A stretch of 64,000 nucleotides of DNA, taken from the NCBI GenBank assembly GCA_038883775.1, contig JAVZLM010000007.1:46177-110176 (forward strand), read 5' to 3'. This DNA is from Candidatus Bathyarchaeia archaeon (lineage in GTDB: Archaea > Thermoproteota > Bathyarchaeia > Bathyarchaeales > Bathycorpusculaceae). Position numbers and translations under genes: made by a program. Below, one piece after another: positions 9,789-19,528 of the stretch. The notes below the pieces were generated by a model. It was not told the DNA's origin. It ran no database searches and saw only the letters and a list, made by a program, of their open reading frames with translations. Within the stretch, counting starts at the first letter, position 1; every line of letters starts with the position of its first letter.

Positions 9789-11960
9789 CTAAGCCACCGG
9801 TGTTGCTGGCTTTTGAACTTGCCTCACTTGCTGCATGAAGCCTTTGTACCATTTTTCCATGTCAGGAGTTATTGAAGGCCCAATTTTTTTCATTGCTTCT
9901 TGAAAATCAGCCAATGTAACCTCTTTAGCGTTTACATCTCTTCTCAAGGCGTGCATAGCTGCTTCTCTGCAGAGGGCTTCTATGTCTGCGCCAGAATAAT
10001 TCTTGGTTATGGCGGCTAACTGCTCTAGGTTTACGTCTTTGGATAATGGCATGTTTCTTGTGTGAATTTTGAATATTTGAAGCCGAGTTTTTTCGTCAGG
10101 TTCTGGCACATATATCAGCCTATCAAATCTTCCAGGTCGAAGCACTGCTGGGTCAATAATGTCAGGCCTGTTCGTAGCCGCTATGACAACGACGTCCTCT
10201 AAAGTTAGGATTCCATCCATTTCAGTTAGGAGTTGGCTGATTACGCGCTCTGTTACGCCGCTGTCTGCAAAACCTAAGCCTCTTCGAGGCACAAGGGAAT
10301 CCATCTCATCAAAGAATATTACGGCTGGTGCTGCCATTCGGGCTTTTCTGAAAACTTCCCTTATCGCTTTTTCAGATTCGCCAACCCATTTTGAAAAAAC
10401 TTCTGGACCCTTAATTGTTATGAAGTTTGCTTCGCTTTCTGTTGCCACAGCCCTAGCCAACAAAGTCTTACCACAACCAGGCGGTCCATAGAGAAGTATG
10501 CCCTTTGGAGGCTTTATTCCAAGCCTCTTGAAAATTTCAGGGTTTTTAAGGGGCCATTCCACAGCTTCTTTAAGTTCCTGTTTGACTTCTTCCAGCCCGC
10601 CGATGTCGTCCCAGTGGATTGTCGGAACTTCTATGTAGACTTCCCGCATGGCTGTTGGCGTCACTTCCTTGTAGGCGTTTATGAAATCCTCCATTTTCAC
10701 TTCCATTTTTTCTAAAACACTTGGTGGTATGCGCTCCTCTTCAAGGTTTATTTGGGGCAAGTATCTGCGGAGGGCTTTCATGGCTGTTTCTCTGCATAAA
10801 GCTGCCAAATCTGCACCTGTATAGCCATGAGTTATTTCAGAAAGCTTCTTTAAGTCAACATCCTCAGCCAAAGGCATCCCACGAGTGTGAATTTGTAATA
10901 TTTCATATCTTCCCCGCTTGTCTGGAACGCCTATCTCGATTTCTCTGTCAAACCTGCCTGGTCTCCGAAGGGCTGGGTCAAGGGCACCGGGTCTGTTAGT
11001 GGCGCCAATAACTATGACATTTCCTCTTCCAGATAAACCGTCCATTAGGGCTAGAAGTTGCGCGACAACTCGCCTTTCAACTTCGCCAGTCACTTCTTCC
11101 CGTTTTGGCGCTATGGCATCCAACTCGTCAATGAATATTATGCTTGGAGCGTTCTGTTGGGCTTGCTGGAAGATTTCTCTAAGTCTGGCTTCGGATTCGC
11201 CATAAAATTTGCTCATTATTTCAGGTCCGTTTATTGAGAAGAAATTCGCTTCAGACTCATTAGCAACAGCCCTAGCCAACAAAGTCTTACCACAACCAGG
11301 CGGTCCATGAAGCAATACGCCTTTCGGAGGTTCTATTCCAAGCCTTTGGAAAAGCTCCGGATGCCTTAATGGAAGTTCAACCATTTCGCGTACTCTTTGG
11401 ATTTCCTCTTGCAGTCCGCCGATGTCTTCGTATGTTGTTCTTGGGAGCCCTCGCCCTTCGGGTGCTGGTTCGTTCAAGATTGTTAGTCTAGTTTCTGGAG
11501 TAACTTTAACTATGCCGTGGGGGCGAGTTTTTGACACAGTAAAGGGTATAGCGTGTCCAAGCATCATAACCAGCGTGGTGTCACCTTCCACAAGGGTTCT
11601 TTCCATGAGGCGGTTTTTGACAAAGTTTGTGAAGTCTTCGTCAACGTTTAATCTCATGTCCACAGGCGCCAATGTTATGCTTATGGCGTTTTTGACTTTG
11701 GCTGGTCTTGCGATTACGTATTCGTTTATTGCTACTCCAGCGTTTTTGCGGGTGAAACCGTCTATTCTTATAATGTCTCTGTTTTGGTCTTCGCTGTAGG
11801 CTGGCCAGGCTATGGCTGAAGTTGACCTTTTACCCACTATTTCTATGACATCGCCCGCTGAAATGCCCAGTTTTTCCATTGTTCTTTGGTCTATACGGGC
11901 TATTCCTCTTCCGACATCCCTCTGTTTTGCGTCGCCAACACGCAATTGCACTTCACTCAA
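9789..11960 (-). CDS. cdc48: CDC48/VCP-type AAA+ ATPase
   Basis: 723 aa with an N-domain plus two AAA modules. Each module has Walker [12 protein letters not shown] and a Walker B (IIFIDELD / VIFFDEMD). Confidence 0.95.
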   Translation of the reverse strand: MSEVQLRVGDAKQRDVGRGIARIDQRTMEKLGISAGDVIEIVGKRSTSAIAWPAYSEDQNRDIIRIDGFTRKNAGVAINEYVIARPAKVKNAISITLAPVDMRLNVDEDFTNFVKNRLMERTLVEGDTTLVMMLGHAIPFTVSKTRPHGIVKVTPETRLTILNEPAPEGRGLPRTTYEDIGGLQEEIQRVREMVELPLRHPELFQRLGIEPPKGVLLHGPPGCGKTLLARAVANESEANFFSINGPEIMSKFYGESEARLREIFQQAQQNAPSIIFIDELDAIAPKREEVTGEVERRVVAQLLALMDGLSGRGNVIVIGATNRPGALDPALRRPGRFDREIEIGVPDKRGRYEILQIHTRGMPLAEDVDLKKLSEITHGYTGADLAALCRETAMKALRRYLPQINLEEERIPPSVLEKMEVKMEDFINAYKEVTPTAMREVYIEVPTIHWDDIGGLEEVKQELKEAVEWPLKNPEIFKRLGIKPPKGILLYGPPGCGKTLLARAVATESEANFITIKGPEVFSKWVGESEKAIREVFRKARMAAPAVIFFDEMDSLVPRRGLGFADSGVTERVISQLLTEMDGILTLEDVVVIAATNRPDIIDPAVLRPGRFDRLIYVPEPDEKTRLQIFKIHTRNMPLSKDVNLEQLAAITKNYSGADIEALCREAAMHALRRDVNAKEVTLADFQEAMKKIGPSITPDMEKWYKGFMQQVRQVQKPATPVA
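10447..10489. repeat. 43-nt exact intragenic repeat, copy in cdc48 D2 module
   Basis: acagccctagccaacaaagtcttaccacaaccaggcggtccat is identical to 11266..11308. The flanking ~60 nt are also highly similar. Confidence 0.9.
11266..11308. repeat. 43-nt exact intragenic repeat, copy in cdc48 D1 module
   Basis: Identical to 10447..10489. It encodes the Walker A region ...[15 protein letters not shown].... Confidence 0.9.
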
Positions 11961-12044
11961 TTAGAACTCCTCCGTTATTAGCGTCATAACACGTTTCAAG
12001 CAAAGATTCATTCCTATATAAATGTTTAAAACAACCGTTTAAGG

Positions 12045-12320
12045 TTATCTGCTCACCCTGCGCACCATAATCGTTTGCACCTGGCTTATTTCACTCACTG
12101 CTTCAAGCTTCTTTTCAAATTCATCAAGCATGCCAGTTTTGTCTTCTGGAAATTTTATGTGCGCTATTAATGCTTTCAAGCCAAAGGCTATGGGTTCCTC
12201 ACCATATCCATAAACGGATGCAAACTCTGGTAAACATTTCTCAATTTTCTTTTTCAAATCAGTAAAGTCCACGATTACGTCTGTTGGAAATATTTTGTAT
12301 GAGATTATTACATTACCCAT
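12045..12320 (-). CDS. ef1b: translation elongation factor aEF-1 beta
   Basis: 91 aa starting MGNVIISYKIFPTD, with ...EEPIAFGLKALIAHI..., typical of aEF-1beta. Confidence 0.85.
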   Translation of the reverse strand: MGNVIISYKIFPTDVIVDFTDLKKKIEKCLPEFASVYGYGEEPIAFGLKALIAHIKFPEDKTGMLDEFEKKLEAVSEISQVQTIMVRRVSR

Positions 12321-12454
12321 TCAATTATCCACCTTGCAAATCTTTCGCCCTTTTTAACAATTGGAGAACCTCATTTAAGTCTTGCTTATCCAAATCCTCT
12401 AAATGACTATATGTTGTATGAATTTTAAAGAAAAGAAATTATAAAAAGGGGACT

Positions 12455-12733
12455 TTAAGAACGCTCACGATATTCTTCTATTTTTTTCACAAGCCTTTCC
12501 ACATTTTCGGGTTTCTCGGCAAAGGCAAGAAGTTTTTCGCTGTCTGGTCCAATAAGGATAAAAAGGGGTTGGAGGTAGAGGCGGGCAAGTTGGGACCAAA
12601 CGTGGCTTGTTGGTCCAACGGTTTCTAGAAAGAGCAAAGCGATGCCGTCCATTTTTGAATCGACTATTTTTTTGGCTATTTTTGAAAGCCATTCTTCTTC
12701 GGTGTTTTCCACAGTTTTCTGATCCAAGCTCAT
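12455..12733 (-). CDS. hypothetical protein (92 aa), last gene of the membrane-protein operon
   Basis: Starts 15 nt after the stop of the upstream gene on the same strand. No family recognised. Confidence 0.55.
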   Translation of the reverse strand: MSLDQKTVENTEEEWLSKIAKKIVDSKMDGIALLFLETVGPTSHVWSQLARLYLQPLFILIGPDSEKLLAFAEKPENVERLVKKIEEYRERS

Positions 12734-12748
12734 AGAAATTTACCTTTG

Positions 12749-13459
12749 CTATTTTCGTCTCATGGCGTAGGCTATTGCAATCACAGCCAACACAACTGCT
12801 ATTATGGCAGCGTATGGTTGCGGCTGGAAGTACTGCAAGTATATTCCTATTAAGAACCCGACCCTTGTCATTATTGTGTTTGCGAATAAAGCTCCGAAGC
12901 CAACCATCATTCCATATACTCCTATTAGGAAGAACGCTCTGTATATCTTATGCACCACTGTTGATTTTCCTTCAGCCTTTGGAAATATAGTGAATATGAA
13001 ATAGGTTAGTCCACCGAGGGTTATCAGAACCATGAGCCAGTTGTTAAAGGTTGCTTGCAGATCTGTGGGTGTCCAAAGGGGTACTATGGCGGCATTTATT
13101 TGTTTTATTATATTAGCCATCGGGGCGGTTCTTAAGGCTAGGGCTGCACCTACAGCAACGTTTACGCCTATGCCATACCTTGCAACCCAATAATACTTCT
13201 TTGAGTATTTAAAGAAGAATGTAAGCCCTAACAACAATGGTATTATCAGATGCCAGTTTGCCACAACATCTTTGCCCAATGGAACAAAGGCTGTTTTGTT
13301 TAGGCTGTCTAGCGAAAGCGCTATGGAATATCCTGCTGCAGTTCCAACAAACAAGTGTTCAGCAATGCGGTATAAGACATTATCTTTGTATACAAAGCTG
13401 TAAAGCCACACTACTATAATGGCTGCAAGCCAAGCGCCCATTAATTCTGGCGTGATCAT
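12749..13459 (-). CDS. polytopic integral membrane protein, unknown family
   Basis: 236 aa with about 6-7 hydrophobic helices. Its ATG overlaps the upstream stop as ATGA (13456..13459). Confidence 0.7.
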   Translation of the reverse strand: MITPELMGAWLAAIIVVWLYSFVYKDNVLYRIAEHLFVGTAAGYSIALSLDSLNKTAFVPLGKDVVANWHLIIPLLLGLTFFFKYSKKYYWVARYGIGVNVAVGAALALRTAPMANIIKQINAAIVPLWTPTDLQATFNNWLMVLITLGGLTYFIFTIFPKAEGKSTVVHKIYRAFFLIGVYGMMVGFGALFANTIMTRVGFLIGIYLQYFQPQPYAAIIAVVLAVIAIAYAMRRK

Positions 13460-14334
13460 TTCTTCTCACCTCTCTTAGAAAGCTTTGTGTAGGCAAACAC
13501 TATGTTTCCCAAGATAATGAACAGCAGAATAAGTCCGTGGGCAAAGCTTTGAGCATCCATGGAAGCAATGCCTAAACCCTTTCTTCCGACAAGAAGTTCG
13601 TATTCGGCTGCTGCCCTCTGTCCAGTAAGCATACCTATTGCTTGTCCAGCACCCACATAGGGTTCGACGGAAGGCCCTATAACGCTAAGAACGCAAAATA
13701 GGAGGGGCGTGTGGTATGGTGTGTACCATTGGCGAACATACCATGCGAAAGTGTCTGTTCCAGATGATGCAACAAGAACTAGCTTATAGTCTGCAGCAGT
13801 ATTAGCTTCTTGTATTAAAGGCAAATTCGAAGTCGGGTTGCCGTAGTTATCTACTGCAACAGTTCCAGTAATACTACTTGCTAATGATGCTAATGCTGAC
13901 TCACCTCCTGCAATGTATCCTAAGAAGACGTAGTCTTCTCCGTAAGTTTTGCCTTCAAACAAGTCAGGAGCAGAAGACTGCAAAAACTGAAATGCAAGTG
14001 GACCATAAGTTGCCATCGAAAGAAACACTAGTTTACAATTTTTCTCAAATAAGTGTTTCATGAGAGCTATGACTTGAGGCTCTAATTCAGCTCTGGCAGC
14101 GACCTCATAGTATATTTCCACAAGAACTGGTGAACCAGGCGGAAGCTTGCTATCATCTTCTATGTAGTCATAAACTGCCTTTGTGCGCGATGAAATTCCT
14201 ATTGGAAGCCCCATAGGGTATATGAGAGGAGCTATTATCAGAATTATCAGCAACGTGTACAATAATTGCCGTGTGCTTAATACTTTATCAATTTTTTCTA
14301 TCGCCGTCATTTCTATTCCCTCCTCCCCATCCAA
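13456..14334 (-). CDS. membrane-anchored protein with central alpha/beta-like domain, unknown family
   Basis: 292 aa with N- and C-terminal TM helices flanking a ~200 aa domain. It overlaps the upstream gene by 22 nt. Confidence 0.7.
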   Translation of the reverse strand: MDGEEGIEMTAIEKIDKVLSTRQLLYTLLIILIIAPLIYPMGLPIGISSRTKAVYDYIEDDSKLPPGSPVLVEIYYEVAARAELEPQVIALMKHLFEKNCKLVFLSMATYGPLAFQFLQSSAPDLFEGKTYGEDYVFLGYIAGGESALASLASSITGTVAVDNYGNPTSNLPLIQEANTAADYKLVLVASSGTDTFAWYVRQWYTPYHTPLLFCVLSVIGPSVEPYVGAGQAIGMLTGQRAAAEYELLVGRKGLGIASMDAQSFAHGLILLFIILGNIVFAYTKLSKRGEKK

Positions 14335-14981
14335 GTGACTTCTTTACCCAAGAGAAGCCTTAGACCCAGTATTATTATTCCAAAGCCTAAACCCATAGTG
14401 ATGGGTCTGAATGCTGCGGTGTTTGGAACAGTCATTATCCAGTCTCTGACGGGGAGGAAACCGCTCCATATTATTTCACCAAGGCTTGTGTTACCGAGCA
14501 TTATGAGGATAGCTACGATTAGCAAGAGAAGCGCTGGTGGGTTCCTAACTCTGAAAGCTCTATATGAGGCGGAAGCTATGTAGAAGACAAGGATAGAATA
14601 CATTGCAGCATCCGAAGGCGCAAATATATAAGTGTAGAGCCACTGGAAGTTAGTTTGTGTAGTTATTGCGATTCCAGAAGATAGGGCATAAACTGCAAAG
14701 GCGACCATTATTACCTCCATAACAATTACTATGCCACTAAAGAATACTTGTTTCGGCTCTTTTTTCCGACTCTGATTTACGTGGTACCTTAATATGTCTA
14801 TGCCTCCAACTATGGCGGCTATCGCCGTTATTACAACAACCCAGTCGGTCAGAGCCTTATTACCAGTGTCAAAGGCTTTCTTCACATCGCTGCTTATGTA
14901 GAAGAAGTAGAAGAGCACCATCAGCACTATTATGACGGTTACAATGACTTGGGGAATATTTCTCCTTATTACAGCACCCAT
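14313..14981 (-). CDS. polytopic integral membrane protein, unknown family
   Basis: About 6 TM helices. ORF 14313..14990 trimmed to the ATG at 14981, preceded by GGGGTG directly after the upstream stop. Confidence 0.65.
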   Translation of the reverse strand: MGAVIRRNIPQVIVTVIIVLMVLFYFFYISSDVKKAFDTGNKALTDWVVVITAIAAIVGGIDILRYHVNQSRKKEPKQVFFSGIVIVMEVIMVAFAVYALSSGIAITTQTNFQWLYTYIFAPSDAAMYSILVFYIASASYRAFRVRNPPALLLLIVAILIMLGNTSLGEIIWSGFLPVRDWIMTVPNTAAFRPITMGLGFGIIILGLRLLLGKEVTWMGRRE

Positions 14982-14993
14982 TCGTTTCACCCC

Positions 14994-15809
14994 TTACTTG
15001 AGCAGTTCTGTTGCCAGTTTAATGCCCAGCGGCAGCAAGGCAAGACCAATCACTATTAGAACCCATGAAAGCAACTTTCCTATGTCCTGTCCTCTAATAG
15101 ATGATAAAGTTACATTGTCTCCAGAAGCCAAAGCACCAGCAGCGAAAATTTCCTCGCCTATGAAGGCATAATCAGCAGCTAAGACGAAGAAGGGAATTTG
15201 AGTTTCTCGGGCTGTTCCAGCAATTTGGAAAGCTCCGATCATAGTGCCAGCTTCAACAAATATTAGGGATTCAGCCCAGAAAGGCCCAACTATTATGTTT
15301 GTTCCAGCATTTTCTCTCTGAATTGTCGCTTGAACAGCAGAAGCAAAAGCAAACTGCTGGTCCGTCAAATATCTCACATTATAGGTAACATTATAAAGTT
15401 CTGGTTTCCCAGCAGAATAATATGCATCACGAATAACCTCTTCTTCCGCCGCTATAAGCTCTGGCACCCCAAGCGTTGAAACAAGATTCGCACCGTATTT
15501 ACCGCAAAGTTTCGCCACGTGATTTAGCACTCCCAAACCAGCCAAGTATTGAGGGGCATGAGCAGTGGATAATGGACCATATCCGAGAGTGAAGTGAACT
15601 GGTCTGCCCATTTCGACGGATCTTGCCACACCTTCTTCTATAGCGTCAAAGGCAGCCATCTTCCTAACAGGAATTGGTTTGCCTCCCTTAGCTTTCCGCA
15701 TGAAATAGTAGCCTGCAAGCATAAGAAACATTAGCAAGACAAAAGAGTAGGCTCCAGATTTCTGATAAATAATCTGGTAAATAATGTCTTTCCATATGTC
15801 CATTGCCAT
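14994..15809 (-). CDS. membrane-anchored protein with central alpha/beta-like domain, unknown family
   Basis: ORF 14994..15884 trimmed to the ATG at 15809, preceded by AAAGGAG. It has an N-terminal TM, a ~200 aa domain and a C-terminal TM, and is the first gene of the operon. Confidence 0.65.
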   Translation of the reverse strand: MAMDIWKDIIYQIIYQKSGAYSFVLLMFLMLAGYYFMRKAKGGKPIPVRKMAAFDAIEEGVARSVEMGRPVHFTLGYGPLSTAHAPQYLAGLGVLNHVAKLCGKYGANLVSTLGVPELIAAEEEVIRDAYYSAGKPELYNVTYNVRYLTDQQFAFASAVQATIQRENAGTNIIVGPFWAESLIFVEAGTMIGAFQIAGTARETQIPFFVLAADYAFIGEEIFAAGALASGDNVTLSSIRGQDIGKLLSWVLIVIGLALLPLGIKLATELLK

Positions 15810-16058
15810 TTTTCTCCTTTTTATTTTTGAAAAACAATGTTCCATATAGAAAGCATTTATTATATAAGATTTTCCAGACATCATAGCAAAAAGAACAGAA
15901 AAAGGTCTTTATAGACAAAAAACGAAACGGAAATAGATGCAATTCACGAAAGAAACACGCTTCATAGAATAACGCCATTTTCATTAATTTTTCAATACTT
16001 TCAAGAAATAACATATATAACTCTCCAAATTCTTATAACTCAGAAAACGCTGGTCAAA

Positions 16059-17891
16059 ATGGAGCCAAAATTCATCCTAGCAACAGACGTGGGAAGCACC
16101 ACAACCAAAGCCAGATTCTTCGGAAAAATTAGGGGCGACTGGAAATTTCTATCCAGCGGAGAAGCACCAACAACAGTTGAAAAACCAGTAGAAGACGTTA
16201 CAATGGGGATAAGAAACGCCGTAAGAGAAGTGGAAGAGCTTACAGGGCATAAGATAATAGACTACGAAAGCGAAGAATTGCGGTTCCTAATGCCTCACAA
16301 AGGAGGAAACACTGGAATAGACGTTTACGTCTCAACAAGCAGCGCAGGCGGAGGGCTCCAAATGCTCGTTCAAGGAGTTGTAAAAAGCATAACCGCAGAA
16401 AGCGCCCAAAGGGCAGCTCTCGGAGCTGGAGCCATAGTAATGGATGTTCTTTCCGTAGATGATGAGCGAGACACTTACGAGAAAATCAATACTTTAAGGT
16501 TTCTAAGACCGGACATAGTACTGCTTGCAGGCGGAGTTGACGGTGGAACAAAATCGCATGTATTGGAAATGGCTGAAATATTGGCCATGGCTAAACCTCG
16601 CCCGAGATTTGAGATAGAATTTCTCCTACCAGTAGTTTATGCTGGAAATATAGACGCGAGAGAAGATGTAAAGAGGACATTATGCGAAAATTTTGACGTA
16701 AGAATCACAGACAACATTAGACCCACATTAGAAGTTGAAAAAGTAGAACCTGCAAGAGATGCAATTTTAGGATTATTTATGGAGCATGTGATGGCGCATG
16801 CCCCAGGATATGAAAAGCTCAAAAAACTCGTTTCAACAAACATTATGCCGACACCAGCCGCCGAAGGAATGATGGTTAGAAAATTTTCGGAGCTAAAATG
16901 TGTAAACAGCATCGGTGTTGGACTTGGAGGAGCCACAACAAACGTATACTCATATTTTGATGGAAGATTCCTAAGAACGGTAAGCGCAAACTTGGGAATG
17001 AGCTACAGCGTAGGCAATGTCCTAAAAGAAGCAAGCATTAAAAACGTGAAAAAATGGACCCCATTTCCAATAAGCGAAGAAGAAATCATGAGCATAGTCT
17101 ACAATAAAATGATAAGACCCACAACCATTCCAATGACATTTGAAGATTTAGTCATAGAACATGCCCTCGCCAGAGAATCAATAAGAATGGCATTCAACCA
17201 CCACAAATATCTTGCAAGAGAACTCAAAGGTGTCAAAAAGGAAAGAACAATCTCCGACATTTTCGAAGAGGTCAAAACTGAAGACACTTACTTGGAAATG
17301 TACAGAATCAACTATATAATAGGCACTGGCGGTCTCCTCTCAAGGGCTCCGAGAAGAAATCAATCAATGATGATGTTAACTGACGCCTTTCAACCAGTAG
17401 GTTTCACTGCCCTAGCTCAAGACAGCGTCTTCATGATGCCACATTTAGGCGTACTTTCCACAATTCACCCAGAAATAGCCTTACACATATTTGAAAAAGA
17501 ATGCCTTATATATCTTGGGACGTTAATAGCGGGAGCTGGCAGAAGTAAGTTAGGCGCAAAAGTTGCAAGCATAACATTGGAGTATGATAATGGAAAAAGG
17601 GAAAACTTCGAATTACCTTTTGGCAAAATAGTGACAGTAGAAGCTCCATATGAGACAACCGTAAAGGTTAAAGTATCCCCTTCCAGTGAATTTGACTTTG
17701 GAGCAGGTTTCGGAAGAAACGTTGAAAAAACTGTTAGAGGCGGAGTAGTCGGTTTAGTGTTTGATGGAAGAGGAAGACCAATATACATGCCAGAAGATGA
17801 AAAAGAAAGATTCAACACCATATTAGACTGGTATTCCTCCATGAACCTTTATCCCAAAGAAAAAATCGAGGAGTGGAAGAAACGGTTATGA
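16059..17891 (+). CDS. MutL/GlmL-like ASKHA (actin-fold) ATPase
   Basis: 610 aa. The N-terminal phosphate-1 motif ILATDVGSTTTKARFF and a second glycine-rich block IIGTGGLLSRAP resemble the glutamate mutase MutL (GlmL) family. Confidence 0.7.
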   Translation: MEPKFILATDVGSTTTKARFFGKIRGDWKFLSSGEAPTTVEKPVEDVTMGIRNAVREVEELTGHKIIDYESEELRFLMPHKGGNTGIDVYVSTSSAGGGLQMLVQGVVKSITAESAQRAALGAGAIVMDVLSVDDERDTYEKINTLRFLRPDIVLLAGGVDGGTKSHVLEMAEILAMAKPRPRFEIEFLLPVVYAGNIDAREDVKRTLCENFDVRITDNIRPTLEVEKVEPARDAILGLFMEHVMAHAPGYEKLKKLVSTNIMPTPAAEGMMVRKFSELKCVNSIGVGLGGATTNVYSYFDGRFLRTVSANLGMSYSVGNVLKEASIKNVKKWTPFPISEEEIMSIVYNKMIRPTTIPMTFEDLVIEHALARESIRMAFNHHKYLARELKGVKKERTISDIFEEVKTEDTYLEMYRINYIIGTGGLLSRAPRRNQSMMMLTDAFQPVGFTALAQDSVFMMPHLGVLSTIHPEIALHIFEKECLIYLGTLIAGAGRSKLGAKVASITLEYDNGKRENFELPFGKIVTVEAPYETTVKVKVSPSSEFDFGAGFGRNVEKTVRGGVVGLVFDGRGRPIYMPEDEKERFNTILDWYSSMNLYPKEKIEEWKKRL

Positions 17892-19027
17892 AAACTTCCA
17901 AGGAAAGCTTCGCTTACACGCCAGGATTGAAGGTAACCCCATGCACATACATAAGAAGACTGCGCAGTCTTCCATTAAAAGGTGAGGTTCTCGTTAAAAA
18001 AGGAGAAAAAGTGAATTTTAATACAACGGTTGCAACATGCTGCATTGAAGGCACACCATACATTGTAAAGGTTGCAGAGCTCTTAGATGTAGACCCAGAA
18101 GAAACTGTGCGATACATACTAAAGAAGGAAGGAGATACTATAATTAAAGGAGAACTTTTGGCAAGATACTCATCTTTATTTGGACTAATAAACAAGAAAG
18201 TTTTTGCAGAAGTGAGCGGGGTAATAGAGCGAATAAACGAGATTACTGGACACTTAACTATAAGAGAGCCTCCCAAAAATGTGGAAGTCAAAGCCTACAT
18301 TAAAGGAAAAGTTGACGAAGTAATACCCCAAGAAGCAGCTGTGATAGGAACTTACGCAGCGTTCATTCAAGGAATAATAGGTTTTTCTGGAGAAAGATTT
18401 GGAGAAATTAGAATAGCCGTATCAAAACCCGAGGAAGTCCTTGATGCACACATGATAACGGAAAAGGACGCTGGAAAAATAATTGTCGGAGGCGCCCTCG
18501 TAACATGCGACGCACTCGAAAAAGCCTGTAAAGCAAAAGTGAATGGAATAGTTGTGGGAGGCGCCAGAATGGAAGATATAGAGAACATTCTCAAGACAAG
18601 GATAGGGGTAGCCATAACAGGTAGAGAAGAAATAGGTTTCACATTAATCCTGACAGAAGGATTTGGAAAACTGCCTATGTCTGAAAACACATTCCGCATA
18701 CTAAAAGAAAATGAAGGAAAAATTGCAGCAATTAACGGCACGACTCAAGTTAGAGCAGGCGTTTTGAGACCAGAAATAATAATACCCTTAGAGGTCAGCA
18801 GAAGTGGTCAAAGAGAGAAAGAACTCGAGGAAGGAAAAATGAAAGTAGGAAGCATAGTTAGAATAATAAGGTTTCCATATTTTGGGGCTATTGGAAAAGT
18901 TATAGAGCTTCCCATTGAGTTGAATAAAATAGAAACAGAATCCCTCGTTAGAGTCGTCAAAATAGAATTGTCGGATGGAAGAAAAGTTTTGGTTCCAAGG
19001 GCGAATGTTGAAATTATAGCAGATTAA
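17888..19027 (+). CDS. hypothetical protein with lipoyl/biotinyl-like hybrid-barrel N-domain and KOW/SH3-like C-terminus
   Basis: ATG at 17888 overlaps the MutL-like stop as ATGA. The N-terminal segment KKGEKVNFNTTVA...EGDTIIKGELLAR looks barrel-sandwich-like, and the C-terminus GSIVRIIRFPYFGAIGKVIEL looks KOW-like. Domain calls are by eye. Confidence 0.6.
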   Translation: MKTSKESFAYTPGLKVTPCTYIRRLRSLPLKGEVLVKKGEKVNFNTTVATCCIEGTPYIVKVAELLDVDPEETVRYILKKEGDTIIKGELLARYSSLFGLINKKVFAEVSGVIERINEITGHLTIREPPKNVEVKAYIKGKVDEVIPQEAAVIGTYAAFIQGIIGFSGERFGEIRIAVSKPEEVLDAHMITEKDAGKIIVGGALVTCDALEKACKAKVNGIVVGGARMEDIENILKTRIGVAITGREEIGFTLILTEGFGKLPMSENTFRILKENEGKIAAINGTTQVRAGVLRPEIIIPLEVSRSGQREKELEEGKMKVGSIVRIIRFPYFGAIGKVIELPIELNKIETESLVRVVKIELSDGRKVLVPRANVEIIAD

Positions 19028-19422
19028 GAGGCTTTTTCTAAATAGCCCTTCAAATGTTCTAAAAATTCTTTGTTTTTCTTTTTCTCCAAAAGTTTTAGGA
19101 CAAAAGTTTTTTCTCTAAACACTAGGATTATGTTTTCTTCTCTCAAGAAAATGGCGGATAAGAATATTGCGAGTGTTAGTATTAAATAGAATGGATTTTC
19201 AGCGTTGAATAGGCTTATTATGGCGGATATTATTGCCAAGCCTAAAAGGGGTTTGCTAAACCTCCTTTTTAAACCCACTTTAACAAGGTCTGAAAGGTTA
19301 TACTCTTCCTTCAAAGACTCACTTATTACCACTAACTTATCATTTTGAATCATAAATTTCTTCCCCTCTGCGTTGATCTCCATTTGCATCCATCTTTTAC
19401 AGCAATTCTTTACTCTTTTCAA
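19024..19422 (-). CDS. hypothetical small membrane protein
   Basis: Two hydrophobic helices (LLGLAIISAIISLF, FYLILTLAIFLSAIFL). The true start is probably an internal Met (MQMEINAEG). It is convergent with the upstream gene and overlaps it by 4 nt. Confidence 0.45.
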   Translation of the reverse strand: MKRVKNCCKRWMQMEINAEGKKFMIQNDKLVVISESLKEEYNLSDLVKVGLKRRFSKPLLGLAIISAIISLFNAENPFYLILTLAIFLSAIFLREENIILVFREKTFVLKLLEKKKNKEFLEHLKGYLEKAS

Positions 19423-19528
19423 TCTTAAATGTTATAAACCTTTAGAGGAACGAGAGATTTCAAACCTAAACTGTGTTAAACTTAAATTCCAGTTTGTATA
19501 AAAAGCCATTTCCGGTCGGTGTAATCGC

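Noticed and set aside
10159-11799. Long plus-strand ORFs 10159..10491, 10721..10999, 10918..11205 and 11422..11799
   Set aside because: They are antisense shadows inside the well-supported cdc48 gene. Their composition is low-complexity and Ser/Pro/Arg-rich, with no motifs.
12465-12692. Alternative-frame 75-aa, highly basic ORF overlapping 12455..12733
   Set aside because: It lies on the same strand in a different frame. Its extreme Arg/Lys/Pro/Cys composition looks non-protein-like, so the 92-aa frame is preferred.
15688-16014. 108-aa minus-strand ORF spanning the divergent promoter region
   Set aside because: It overlaps the 5' end of the operon's first gene in another frame and runs through AT-rich promoter DNA, so it is likely spurious. 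The N-terminal extension of 14994..15884 was likewise trimmed to the SD-preceded ATG at 15809.
17465-18741. Minus-strand ORFs 17465..17842, 17914..18291 and 18367..18741
   Set aside because: They are antisense shadows of the MutL-like gene and its partner, with Ser/Pro/Phe-rich low-complexity translations.
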